From assembly GCA_964539655.1 (NCBI GenBank), contig CAZIJH010000004.1, positions 14,925 to 78,924 on the forward strand: a DNA stretch of 64,000 nucleotides. The letters are read 5' to 3'. The stretch is from an uncultured archaeon (GTDB taxonomy: Archaea; Aenigmatarchaeota; Aenigmatarchaeia; CG10238-14; SCSR01). The notes under the pieces are model-generated. The model was not told the origin of the DNA, searched no databases, and was given only the letters and a program-made list of their open reading frames with translations. Numbering within the stretch: position 1 is the stretch's first letter; every line of letters starts with the position of its first letter. Both the position numbers and the translations under genes were made by a program. Of the stretch, positions 1-7,894 are shown piece by piece.

Positions 1-140
1 GGAAAATAATTGTTCTCGGGCCCCAACAAGGTTTCGCCGATGAACTTTGCAAGCCCCGAAAAAATGGCGCCAAAAATTATCACGGCAATCGAAATTATGA
101 TTGCGATAGTTTTTATCGGCAGGCTTGGCAGTTTTGCCAT
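1..140 (-). CDS. hypothetical membrane protein, N-terminal part (continues beyond the window start)
   Basis: ATG at 138-140 on the minus strand opens MAKLPSLPIKTIAIIISIAVIIFGAIFSGLAKFIGETLLG..., a hydrophobic signal/TM segment. Reading frame runs off the window edge. Confidence 0.3.
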   Translation of the reverse strand, partial: MAKLPSLPIKTIAIIISIAVIIFGAIFSGLAKFIGETLLGPENNYF

Positions 141-279
141 GAAAATAATTGCTTCTCGGATAGCTTAAAATGATGAGCCAAAATAATCGATTCTAAAAAT
201 TGTTGTTATCGTTATATGTCATCACTTCGGTGACAGAGAACGCTATTTAACGATTTTTACGAACTTCTTTCCGATGTAA

Positions 280-431
280 ATGGGAATACTGACGTTTGTC
301 GTAGCCGTGATTCTGATTATATGGCTGCTGGGATTTGTTGCAAATATTGTCGGCGGCCTCATCCACATATTGCTCGTCATTGTTGTAGTGATTGTCATAA
401 TCAGGCTGCTTAGAGGGGAAAAGATTTTCTG
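280..431 (+). CDS. small hydrophobic membrane protein (lmo0937-like family, 50 aa)
   Basis: ORF not in the supplied track (<60 aa): MGILTFVVAVILIIWLLGFVANIVGGLIHILLVIVVVIVIIRLLRGEKIF. Pattern xIWLLGFxxxxxGGLIHxLLVxAxxxxIxxLxxGR matches the widespread lmo0937-type small membrane proteins, by recollection. Confidence 0.5.
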
Positions 432-434
432 AAG

Positions 435-650
435 GTGTCTGACATGTCTTTCTTCCGATATTTTTCCAATAGGAATATGCTGGCGTCCAGTTCCGAGTCC
501 AAAAGATCTTCCAGAAGAGCCTACCATCCTCCGTACAGCTGCCTGGGATGTAACTTGTATTTCGAGACAGAGTACCTTCTTAATTTGCACAAGGAACTAC
601 AGCATGGCAAACCGAGGAAGAGGAAAGAAGAATTCCAATATTCCAAATAG
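435..650 (+). CDS. small C2H2-type zinc-finger protein
   Basis: YSCLGCNLYFETEYLLNLHKELQH has exact C-x2-C-x12-H-x4-H spacing, followed by a basic tail (KPRKRKEE). Preferred over the overlapping 243..590 minus-strand ORF. Confidence 0.4.
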   Translation: MSDMSFFRYFSNRNMLASSSESKRSSRRAYHPPYSCLGCNLYFETEYLLNLHKELQHGKPRKRKEEFQYSK

Positions 651-767
651 GCTTTTATCCGAACGACACCAATTAGAATTGCCTTGCTCTAAAGCCTCTG
701 TTAAGTTTGCGAAAGCTTGCAGTGAGACAGAAGAACGGAGCGAGGCTATATTATTTTTAAAAAAATT

Positions 768-1316
768 TCATTTGGCAGCAACGTAAATTTTTCTCGGCCA
801 CTCTCCTCTGTCTGCTGGATCGTAAGGCAGTCCGCCACCTATGAAATGAGTTCTAACCTCGCACTTTTCAGCCGTTTCCAAGAGTGCCTTGTCAAACGAG
901 ACTATCGGCAACTTTTCATATTTGGCATGTAGGATCAATATTCTGTCAATCCTGCTTATCGGGTATTTTTCCAATTCTCTTCTCAGATCGCGTACGCCAA
1001 AATGATAATCGTTGTCGTGGTTCTGTTCGCAAGATACGAATCTGACAGAAGGATTGTCTAGCAAATTTTCCATTTTCTTTATATTTCCTCGTCTGTTAAG
1101 CAGTATGAGCTCCTGTAAATTTTCAGAATAGATTGTTTTCATCACGTTTGATTTCAGCCATTTTACGATTTTATTTCGGCTTATGTTCCAAAGAATGATT
1201 CGAGGTTCATTCAAGCCGTACATTATGACAGAAGTGTCGACTGCGTAGCCCTTTTCCAAATTTTTTTGGAGGGTCCTTGACAGTTTCGCTTTTTTCATCT
1301 CGCTGTAAATTGCCAT
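768..1316 (-). CDS. PIN-domain protein (putative nuclease)
   Basis: N-terminal VDTSVIM (first acidic residue) and C-terminal IVSFDKALLETAEK (the hhT/S-xD motif) are typical of PIN domains. Confidence 0.45.
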   Translation of the reverse strand: MAIYSEMKKAKLSRTLQKNLEKGYAVDTSVIMYGLNEPRIILWNISRNKIVKWLKSNVMKTIYSENLQELILLNRRGNIKKMENLLDNPSVRFVSCEQNHDNDYHFGVRDLRRELEKYPISRIDRILILHAKYEKLPIVSFDKALLETAEKCEVRTHFIGGGLPYDPADRGEWPRKIYVAAK

Positions 1317-1498
1317 CGATTATAAAAATATTTTAAGAGATTTAAGCTCCTTTAACGGACGCCGAAAATGTCGAGTATGAAGGAGATGAAAGCCGGCAGT
1401 CCCGAAGATATCGGATCATGTCCGCTGTTCTCCTAGGAGAAAATATAAAATGTTTTTTCATCGTTTGCCTGATCGGTCGTTCCCAATGAAAATCCTTG

Positions 1499-1798
1499 TT
1501 AAACTGTAATGTCAGGTTTCTCTTTTTTCCTGTAAAGAAAGCCGGATTTTTGCTCGATTGCCACAATGCCGTATTCTCCCAGTTTGTCTTGGGATCTGAT
1601 TTTTTGTAAAGTTGCCCTTACAATAGCCGGGTCGGCGCCTTCTATTGATCTGATAATGTCGATGCTTTTTACAGTTTTCCCCTGTCCGGTGAGTTCCACC
1701 AGCTTGTTGAAGACTTTTGTCTGTAACTGGTATTCCTTGCTCGCCGCCGATCTTTTCGATTGCAGTGCGAATTTCCTCTCGATCGCTTCCAAATACAA
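1499..1798 (-). CDS. hypothetical protein (possible winged-helix)
   Basis: 99-aa ORF, no recognisable motifs. Confidence 0.35.
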   Translation of the reverse strand: MYLEAIERKFALQSKRSAASKEYQLQTKVFNKLVELTGQGKTVKSIDIIRSIEGADPAIVRATLQKIRSQDKLGEYGIVAIEQKSGFLYRKKEKPDITV

Positions 1799-1837
1799 AT
1801 TTACCGGACAGAGAAAATTTTCGACTTTCTCTTCTAA

Positions 1838-2086
1838 CTAATCTTTAATAAGAAAGTCAATTCCATTTTCGTCAAACTCGTGCGCAATTTCGTTTGAAAG
1901 TCTCGAGCGCTGGGCGTTTAAAATAGAGTACGCTCCTTCTAAATAATGCGGAAGACCCATGCTCCTCAACAGGGGTTCGTAATTTTTAATTTTCTTTTCG
2001 ACTTGGGCGACTGAGTTTTGCAGAGAAAAATTAATTCGTTTGGATACCTCTTCTTTTACGACCTCGTTCCTCTTGAGTTTTACCAT
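1838..2086 (-). CDS. hypothetical protein
   Basis: 82-aa ORF, codirectional with its neighbours, no motifs recognised. Confidence 0.35.
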   Translation of the reverse strand: MVKLKRNEVVKEEVSKRINFSLQNSVAQVEKKIKNYEPLLRSMGLPHYLEGAYSILNAQRSRLSNEIAHEFDENGIDFLIKD

Positions 2087-2125
2087 GCTTTTTATAAAAA
2101 CAATTAAGGATTAAAACCCGTTGCA

Positions 2126-2833
2126 TCAAACAAACTTCTCAAGACCCGTCTTTGTCTTTTCCGTATCTATCACGACGATTCCCTGGTTCACCGGAAACGA
2201 GACGTTGACAACCGGAACCGAGTCGACGCGCGCCATATTGATTCCTTTGTGCGAATGTCCGTGGACAACAAGATTTGGTTTTCTCTTGATTATGACGTTC
2301 TCGTAAAGGTTGGATCCGAGAGAAGAATAGAAGTTCGGATTCTCTCCCCCGAGCGTCTTGAAAGTCGGCGCGTAATGGATAAGCAGTATTTTGAAGTTGG
2401 TATTCATCTTTTCGAGATTTTTGTCGACCAAATCGATTCTCTCGCGGAAAATATTTCCGATGTTCGGAACATTCGCAAGCTGCCACTGCGTCGGCCTTTC
2501 GAGGCTTCCGGTCGTTCCGAATATCCCGACGGATTTTTTGTTGATTTCAAGAACGGTGCTCTGGTCGTCCAAAAATTTTATCTCGCGGAATTTTCTTCTT
2601 ACCTCTTCCCGGATTTCGTCGAATTCGCTGTTCCCGAAACACGCGACAATCGGGCAGTTTATTTTTCCGAAAAGAGCGTTGTAAATCTTTTCATAATCGT
2701 CGACGCTTCCGCGGTGCACCATGTCTCCGGCCATCAGGAATAAGTCAGGTTTAATTGAGAAATTTTCAACCGCTTGGACGAACTGGTCGTAATATTTTGG
2801 AGAATGAACATCAGAGACAGCCGCAATTATCAT
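2126..2833 (-). CDS. metallophosphoesterase (calcineurin-like phosphoesterase)
   Basis: Motifs AVSDVHS, GDMVHRG, GNSEFD and VHGHSH match the conserved metallophosphoesterase metal-binding motifs. Confidence 0.85.
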   Translation of the reverse strand: MIIAAVSDVHSPKYYDQFVQAVENFSIKPDLFLMAGDMVHRGSVDDYEKIYNALFGKINCPIVACFGNSEFDEIREEVRRKFREIKFLDDQSTVLEINKKSVGIFGTTGSLERPTQWQLANVPNIGNIFRERIDLVDKNLEKMNTNFKILLIHYAPTFKTLGGENPNFYSSLGSNLYENVIIKRKPNLVVHGHSHKGINMARVDSVPVVNVSFPVNQGIVVIDTEKTKTGLEKFV

Positions 2834-2920
2834 TCTATCTATAGTTATTTGTCACGCAGTCGTCTTAACTTTGTGATTTTGGATTATTTATCGTTTAATT
2901 AGAAAATAATTTCGGAAACA

Positions 2921-3661
2921 ATGTTCGAAGGAAAAAACGGCAAGGATCTGTTTTTTGATGAATTCAACCGCAACATATCGCATCTGATCAGCGATCTGAT
3001 AAGAGAAAGCAAATTAGATGACAGACAAGCAAACAATCTTCGAAATTGTTCAAGGTCCATAAGAAGCGCCGCTAAGGCCAATCGCAAGACAAGCAACATT
3101 TTAGCTGCGCGCGCCACGTTGGTGCTGGCTAACAGCTATATTCTAGAAGGATATCATACCTTGACCGAATACAGGCTGAAAAATAGATTCAAGCATGCGA
3201 ATCCTGAATTGGTGACTGATCTTCTTGTAGAAAAAGGAAATGAAATTCAAGTGACGGAAGTTGAGAATGGCGGCGTTGCGCCTTACATTAGTTTGCATCC
3301 CAAATGGCACATACAAGAAGAGCTGTATCATGCCGCCCGCCTTGCATCGAAAATCGCCCGTTATAGTGGATACTCGGATGTCTTCAACGTCGGATTGGTT
3401 GCCGCGAGCCCGATAAACCTGAAATTGAAGGACGTTAGGAAATGTATAACATATTTCATGTCGGATTTTTCTTCTCGAAATCAGAAAGACACCGAGGACA
3501 TAAGACGTTTGGCAAATATGCTTTATTCCGAGCCGAAAATCACGTGCAAACAGATATACAATGCCCGCCTTGACGGTATTTTTGAAATAAATTCTATGGA
3601 GCATACGGTCAGGTCGCTGAACGACGAATTGTTTTCCAATGGGGCAACGCAACCCAAATAA
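2921..3661 (+). CDS. hypothetical protein
   Basis: 246-aa ORF with no recognisable motifs. Confidence 0.5.
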   Translation: MFEGKNGKDLFFDEFNRNISHLISDLIRESKLDDRQANNLRNCSRSIRSAAKANRKTSNILAARATLVLANSYILEGYHTLTEYRLKNRFKHANPELVTDLLVEKGNEIQVTEVENGGVAPYISLHPKWHIQEELYHAARLASKIARYSGYSDVFNVGLVAASPINLKLKDVRKCITYFMSDFSSRNQKDTEDIRRLANMLYSEPKITCKQIYNARLDGIFEINSMEHTVRSLNDELFSNGATQPK

Positions 3662-3684
3662 GTTTTGCCGTCAAATTACATTTT

Positions 3685-3843
3685 ATGATTCGCAAAAATA
3701 GATTGTTTGAAGAATATCAAACTCTTTCTCAAGGTATCGCAAGGATGTCTTCTATTGTAAAGGATGCGAAGAGAGATGTTTTATTTATCGGCGAGAACGA
3801 GGAAATATTGAGAAGATTGTTGATCGGACTTATTAGGCAGTGA
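3685..3843 (+). CDS. hypothetical small protein (52 aa)
   Basis: Unlisted ORF MIRKNRLFEEYQTLSQGIARMSSIVKDAKRDVLFIGENEEILRRLLIGLIRQ. Weak call. Confidence 0.2.
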   Translation: MIRKNRLFEEYQTLSQGIARMSSIVKDAKRDVLFIGENEEILRRLLIGLIRQ

Positions 3844-4249
3844 GAGCTGAAATTTCTGATTCCTTTGATTTTTTAATCTTAACTTGCCTTAAATTTTCAA
3901 TATACACCAAAAGGGTATCACACAATTCATATGCAGCTTGTATTTCGTATAGCGGAAACTTTGTTCGGCCTCCCGAGTATGCCTTGCACATACTGAAAAC
4001 ATTTTTGTCGTTACCCACGATGTTAGGGATTTCCTCATCGTGAGCGTCAAGCCATGCACTAACGATTGGTATTCTATCGGAAAATATTGATGCGGCATAC
4101 GCAGCAGTCTCCAGCATTCTTGAATCCACATTTTTGCATTCAACTTCCTGCCAAAATGTATGATTTTTTCCTAATGTTTCGTATAACTTATGAAAATACT
4201 TGGATGTTTTTGCAATTCTTTTATTTAGCTTCTCGTCGTTGACAGACAT
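3833..4249 (-). CDS. hypothetical protein
   Basis: 138-aa ORF, no motif recognised. Confidence 0.45.
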   Translation of the reverse strand: MSVNDEKLNKRIAKTSKYFHKLYETLGKNHTFWQEVECKNVDSRMLETAAYAASIFSDRIPIVSAWLDAHDEEIPNIVGNDKNVFSMCKAYSGGRTKFPLYEIQAAYELCDTLLVYIENLRQVKIKKSKESEISALTA

Positions 4250-4291
4250 CTAAAATTATCTTAGATATTAAAGATTTAAGCACAAATTTTG

Positions 4292-4365
4292 TGGACCGGT
4301 CGGGATTTGAACCCGAGACCTCCTCGTTGCGAACGAGGCTATCTACCGGACTGATATACCGGCCC
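4292..4365 (-). tRNA. tRNA-Ala (anticodon CGC)
   Basis: Reverse complement GGGCCGGTATATCAGTCCGGTAGATAGCCTCGTTCGCAACGAGGAGGTCTCGGGTTCAAATCCCGACCGGTCCA folds as a cloverleaf with a G3:U70 pair, anticodon loop TTCGCAA and T-loop TTCAAAT. No encoded CCA. Confidence 0.85.
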
Positions 4366-4452
4366 ATTGTTTAAAATAGATAATTCATTCTTATATTCAT
4401 TCTCAATAATTGAAGGCAATCTTTATTAGCGGGATTTCACGAAAGCTGACTC

Positions 4453-4725
4453 ATGCCGATTGAGAGGTTGAAGAAAGAAGTCAGCGAATTCCAGAAGGAG
4501 CTGAAGAAACATCTCTCTGAGTTTGTTACTGCCGCGTTTTCGTTTGTCGCCGCATTTTTGTGGAGAGATGCAATACAGAGTTCGCTTGACAAGCTAACAG
4601 CGGCGATACCGGCATTTGATCCAATCCTTGCAAAGTATTATACAGCAGCTATCATCACTTTTGTCGCAGTGATCTCGATAGTGGTTATCAGCAGGCTTTT
4701 GAAAGTCGAGGAAGAAACGAAATGA
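4453..4725 (+). CDS. small membrane protein (DUF5654-like, archaeal)
   Basis: 90 aa with an FxxAAFxFVAAFLWRDAIQS core and a C-terminal TM helix. Paralogous pattern to the ORF at 16114..16416. Confidence 0.45.
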   Translation: MPIERLKKEVSEFQKELKKHLSEFVTAAFSFVAAFLWRDAIQSSLDKLTAAIPAFDPILAKYYTAAIITFVAVISIVVISRLLKVEEETK

Positions 4726-4745
4726 TTATTCTCTCAGTGTAGGTT

Positions 4746-5018
4746 TTATTTTTTTTGCTGTACTTTGCTTTCACTGATTGCATAGAGTATGTCCAACGGC
4801 GTAGGAAGCATGAGTTTTCTTCTAGCCGTCGTCATGTTATTGCAGTATTCGATTTTTGTGATGTTCCTGATGTCATAACTCAGGTCGAGATCCTTTTTGT
4901 GCTGCCAGTACATTAGGCATTTCACTGCATATTCGGCAGCATATAAAAATGCGTAACCTCCAATTTGCATCAAAGGTTCACGAAGATTTTCCAAAGATTG
5001 GCCGAGCATAAAATACAA
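4746..5018 (-). CDS. hypothetical protein
   Basis: 90-aa ORF, no motif. Confidence 0.3.
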   Translation of the reverse strand: MYFMLGQSLENLREPLMQIGGYAFLYAAEYAVKCLMYWQHKKDLDLSYDIRNITKIEYCNNMTTARRKLMLPTPLDILYAISESKVQQKK

Positions 5019-5068
5019 TTAAATGAGAAATTTATAAATTAATATAAGCAATTTGTTGTATTAGCCAA

Positions 5069-5142
5069 GGACCCGTAGCTTAGCCTGGTGGAGCATCCGA
5101 CTGATAATCGGGAGGCCGAGAGTTCAAATCTCTCCGGGTCCA
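5069..5142 (+). tRNA. tRNA-Ile (anticodon GAU)
   Basis: GGACCCGTAGCTTAGCCTGGTGGAGCATCCGACTGATAATCGGGAGGCCGAGAGTTCAAATCTCTCCGGGTCCA has acceptor GGACCCG/CGGGTCC, anticodon loop CTGATAA and T-loop TTCAAAT. Confidence 0.85.
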
Positions 5143-5186
5143 TGACTTATAACTTACGGGAGTAGAGTTCCGGTAGACTACAATAC
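5143..5186 (+). repeat. left-end block of cassette unit 1, homologous to 6348..6391
   Basis: tgacttataacttacgggagtagagttccggtagactacaatac versus taaataacttacgggagtagaatgccgatagaattagtgtatac. Both copies begin immediately after a copy of ctccgggtccat. Confidence 0.5.
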
Positions 5187-5237
5187 TAGAGTCAAAGTTC
5201 GAATGATAATTTTAAGAATATGTATTCTAATTCTTGA

Positions 5238-6206
5238 TTGATGGTGAATATTACTAGCTTTGTTGTCGGTGCGAAGTGTTTTTTCGACGCTGATAAATCA
5301 GGAACAGATTTGGTCCCAAAAATTAATTCACTTATTGCGCAAAAGATGATTGGCAGAGGATTCTCGACAGATGACAATGTTGATTTGTTTCGAGGCATAC
5401 CAACTTTTATGATGCGATTCTACGCTAATCCAACTAAGCATAATCCTCCTCTTGTGATGAGAATTAAGAAGGGTCTCGGCATCATTAATCAGGAGGAATT
5501 AGACGATAAAGTCTTCTTTGATGCATTGAGTAGACTTGTTGATGAGCATCCACATAAGATATCATTCTCGATTAAAATCGGCCAGATTTCCAACAACAGG
5601 AATGGTTACCTGATAAAGATAGAAACTGAACCAGCAATAGTTGCAAAGAAGAGGAATTTGGGAATTGAACCGCGTGTAAATGCTACTCGTTACAACGAAA
5701 TTATCGACTATAACAAGAAACTTGTTCACGAAATAATCAATGAATTGGGGGCAGGCATTCTTGAAGAGCCTAAGGTGCTCGCGCCACTTGATAAGATATT
5801 ACCGGATAATTTGTTTGAAGAAAATTTCATGACAGATTTACCCAGAGAAGTAGCTGAATGTTTAACAGAGGTCAACAAATGTTTTTCGAATGATTGCTAC
5901 ATTGCGTCCTCAATTATGATACGAAAAGCATTGGAAGTTGCCGTTACCAAAAAACTCGATCAAGCGGGTCGGGGAAAGAAATTATTCGATGATAATGGAG
6001 ACGAGATTTCGTTGAAAAGAAAACTCAATCTATTACCAGAAGTTGCTCCCAATATCAAAAAAGATTTGGAAGCAATCAAGATAGTCAAATGGTTCGGAGA
6101 TAAGAGTGCACACAGTCCGAACAATCCTATTTTTGCAAAAGACATAGAACAAAACATCGTGCCGAAGATTAGATATTTCCTGATAAATCTAGGTTTAAAG
6201 AAATAG
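5238..6206 (+). CDS. protein with a C-terminal DUF4145-like domain (defence/Abi-associated domain family)
   Basis: The C-terminal ~110 aa (CYIASSIMIRKALEVAVTKKL...IKIVKWFGDKSAHSP...IVPKIRYFL) resemble DUF4145, which occurs at the C-termini of HsdR and Abi-like proteins. The N-terminal ~200 aa are unknown. Confidence 0.55.
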   Translation: MMVNITSFVVGAKCFFDADKSGTDLVPKINSLIAQKMIGRGFSTDDNVDLFRGIPTFMMRFYANPTKHNPPLVMRIKKGLGIINQEELDDKVFFDALSRLVDEHPHKISFSIKIGQISNNRNGYLIKIETEPAIVAKKRNLGIEPRVNATRYNEIIDYNKKLVHEIINELGAGILEEPKVLAPLDKILPDNLFEENFMTDLPREVAECLTEVNKCFSNDCYIASSIMIRKALEVAVTKKLDQAGRGKKLFDDNGDEISLKRKLNLLPEVAPNIKKDLEAIKIVKWFGDKSAHSPNNPIFAKDIEQNIVPKIRYFLINLGLKK

Positions 6207-6240
6207 AGACAACGCCGACTTCATTGTAATGTGTACATAA

Positions 6241-6347
6241 TTCCGCTAGAATAGCTAACTATTTATTTTTACACACACAATATTTCAAAACAAGCCGCAG
6301 ATTATGGCAAGAGACTTTAACTTAGGGTCGGTAACGCTCCGGGTCCA
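6241..6347 (+). repeat. conserved ~107-nt right-end block of cassette unit 1, ending in a copy of the tRNA-Ile 3' terminus
   Basis: attccgctagaatagctaactatttatttttac...atatttcaaaacaagcc.cagatt...ttaact.gggtcgg.aac.ctccgggtcca is near-identical to 6877..6984. The last 11 nt equal tRNA-Ile positions 5132-5142. Confidence 0.7.
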
Positions 6348-6391
6348 TAAATAACTTACGGGAGTAGAATGCCGATAGAATTAGTGTATAC
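6348..6391 (+). repeat. left-end block of cassette unit 2, homologous to 5143..5186
   Basis: See 5143..5186. Confidence 0.5.
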
Positions 6392-6437
6392 AAAAATAGT
6401 TGATTGCTTTATTAAGAGAAGTTTTTAAAAATTTAAT

Positions 6438-6845
6438 ATGGTAGATAGACAGAATATTAAACTCAATAATTTGATGTTTCTTGCTCTTGACCATGGTATA
6501 GATTCGATAAAAGCAGGTGGTCCATTAATATCTTTTGTAATTACAGAATCTAAAGGTAAACGCAATATCAAACGATTTGTGACCAAAAGATTAGAAGATG
6601 GTCAAAAAGAAGCAACACAATTTGTTTCTACATCAAAATCTAAAATAGACAGATACGCACTTGCTTATGACGGCTATGTAACAATAGAAAATAAAAAGTA
6701 TAGTGCTATAATTGTTCGGGCAGGAGAGCACGGAGATAAAGAATCAATGTTGATATGTCAAAGATATAGCCCAAAAAAATTTCTACACAAATTTGAAGTA
6801 ATAGGTAATCCAGCAATGATTGGAAATCAAAAAAATCTTCTTTAA
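6438..6845 (+). CDS. hypothetical protein (cargo of cassette unit 2)
   Basis: 135-aa ORF with no recognisable motif, lying between the repeat blocks. Confidence 0.45.
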   Translation: MVDRQNIKLNNLMFLALDHGIDSIKAGGPLISFVITESKGKRNIKRFVTKRLEDGQKEATQFVSTSKSKIDRYALAYDGYVTIENKKYSAIIVRAGEHGDKESMLICQRYSPKKFLHKFEVIGNPAMIGNQKNLL

Positions 6846-6876
6846 ATTATTCTTTACACGAATGTGTGTGAATGAC

Positions 6877-6984
6877 ATTCCGCTAGAATAGCTAACTATT
6901 TATTTTTACGCGGCCAATATTTCAAAACAAGCCACAGATTTGTCGCGGAGAGCTTAACTTTGGGTCGGCAACACTCCGGGTCCA
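6877..6984 (+). repeat. second copy of the ~107-nt block, ending in ctccgggtcca
   Basis: Direct repeat of 6241..6347, again terminated by the 11-nt tRNA-Ile 3' end (6974-6984). Confidence 0.7.
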
Positions 6985-7011
6985 CTCAACTATTCTTTAT
7001 CTGGTGAAATT

Positions 7012-7221
7012 ATGAAGAACGACGAATGCGTAATCTATGTTTACGGCCCTAAAGGCCGCTTGTTGCAAAAATACAGTAAGATAAAAGATATCTGGACCCA
7101 GACGACTATTTCTAACGGCAAAGTCAGAACAATGACTGCCGAACAGTTGTTGTCGCATCTGTTGCCGCCACTTGCTGGAGCGAGCGGTGCAAAAATAAAA
7201 GTCGTGAAGAAAAAAATCTAA
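7012..7221 (+). CDS. hypothetical small protein
   Basis: 69-aa ORF preceded by GGTGA, directly distal to the second repeat. Confidence 0.3.
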   Translation: MKNDECVIYVYGPKGRLLQKYSKIKDIWTQTTISNGKVRTMTAEQLLSHLLPPLAGASGAKIKVVKKKI

Positions 7222-7228
7222 ATGATCT

Positions 7229-7894
7229 TCATTTGCCCGACAATGTGTAGTTCTTTTTCGGAATCATTTCTAATCTTCTATTTAAAACGTATCTGGCATT
7301 CCTTTTTGCTTTCTTGCTAGATGTGCTCGGCTGATTCATCGTCTCAGTTAAAAATCTCAAATCAATTAGATACGGCATCTTATTCGTGTCAGACTTTAAT
7401 GGCATACATAAAGTCAAAATTAGTAGCCTGCTTGAAATTGTCGGCATCGCAAAAATTTCAAAATCAGCCGCGCATTTTCCAAATTCCCTTTCCGTGTTAA
7501 TCTTTCCGTGAATGTAGACGTCATCGGCTGTTCCGAGATAGATAGCGGGTTTTGCCTCCATCATTTTGATGTTATTGTTGTCGTATATTCTGTGCTGCGG
7601 AGATTGGTTCCTGAGATAATCTATCCTCCAAGAATAGTCTGCGTCCATTTCTCTGTTGGAGAAGCAGCTGTAAACGTCTTCCGGATTTGCCGGGAATCTT
7701 ACAGACATCAATTTTTTCGAAGATTCGTCCGCATTTCTATACATCTTCATTATTCTGTGCGCAGGAGGAACCTCCCGAAAAAGTGATTCTACCATGTTTG
7801 CGGGCAATTTTATTGCATCTATGATCTTTGCGACTTTCATGCGATTCAAAATAAATCCGAATTGAAAAAATTTAAGCAACAATGTTATGGTCAT
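7229..7894 (-). CDS. hypothetical protein co-oriented with and abutting the Ku/ligase genes
   Basis: 221 aa, end-to-end with the ligase gene. No LigD polymerase or phosphoesterase motif could be recognised by eye. Confidence 0.45.
   Translation of the reverse strand: MTITLLLKFFQFGFILNRMKVAKIIDAIKLPANMVESLFREVPPAHRIMKMYRNADESSKKLMSVRFPANPEDVYSCFSNREMDADYSWRIDYLRNQSPQHRIYDNNNIKMMEAKPAIYLGTADDVYIHGKINTEREFGKCAADFEIFAMPTISSRLLILTLCMPLKSDTNKMPYLIDLRFLTETMNQPSTSSKKAKRNARYVLNRRLEMIPKKNYTLSGK

Noticed and set aside
243-590. 115-aa minus-strand ORF at the window start
   Set aside because: It overlaps two compact plus-strand ORFs that each match recognisable small-protein families. Its own sequence has no motif.
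6300-6350. Pseudo-tRNA or tRNA fragment inside the 107-nt repeat
   Set aside because: Only the final 11-12 nt match tRNA-Ile. There is no T-loop (GTTCAAATC) or acceptor complementarity, so it is an att-like core rather than a tRNA remnant.
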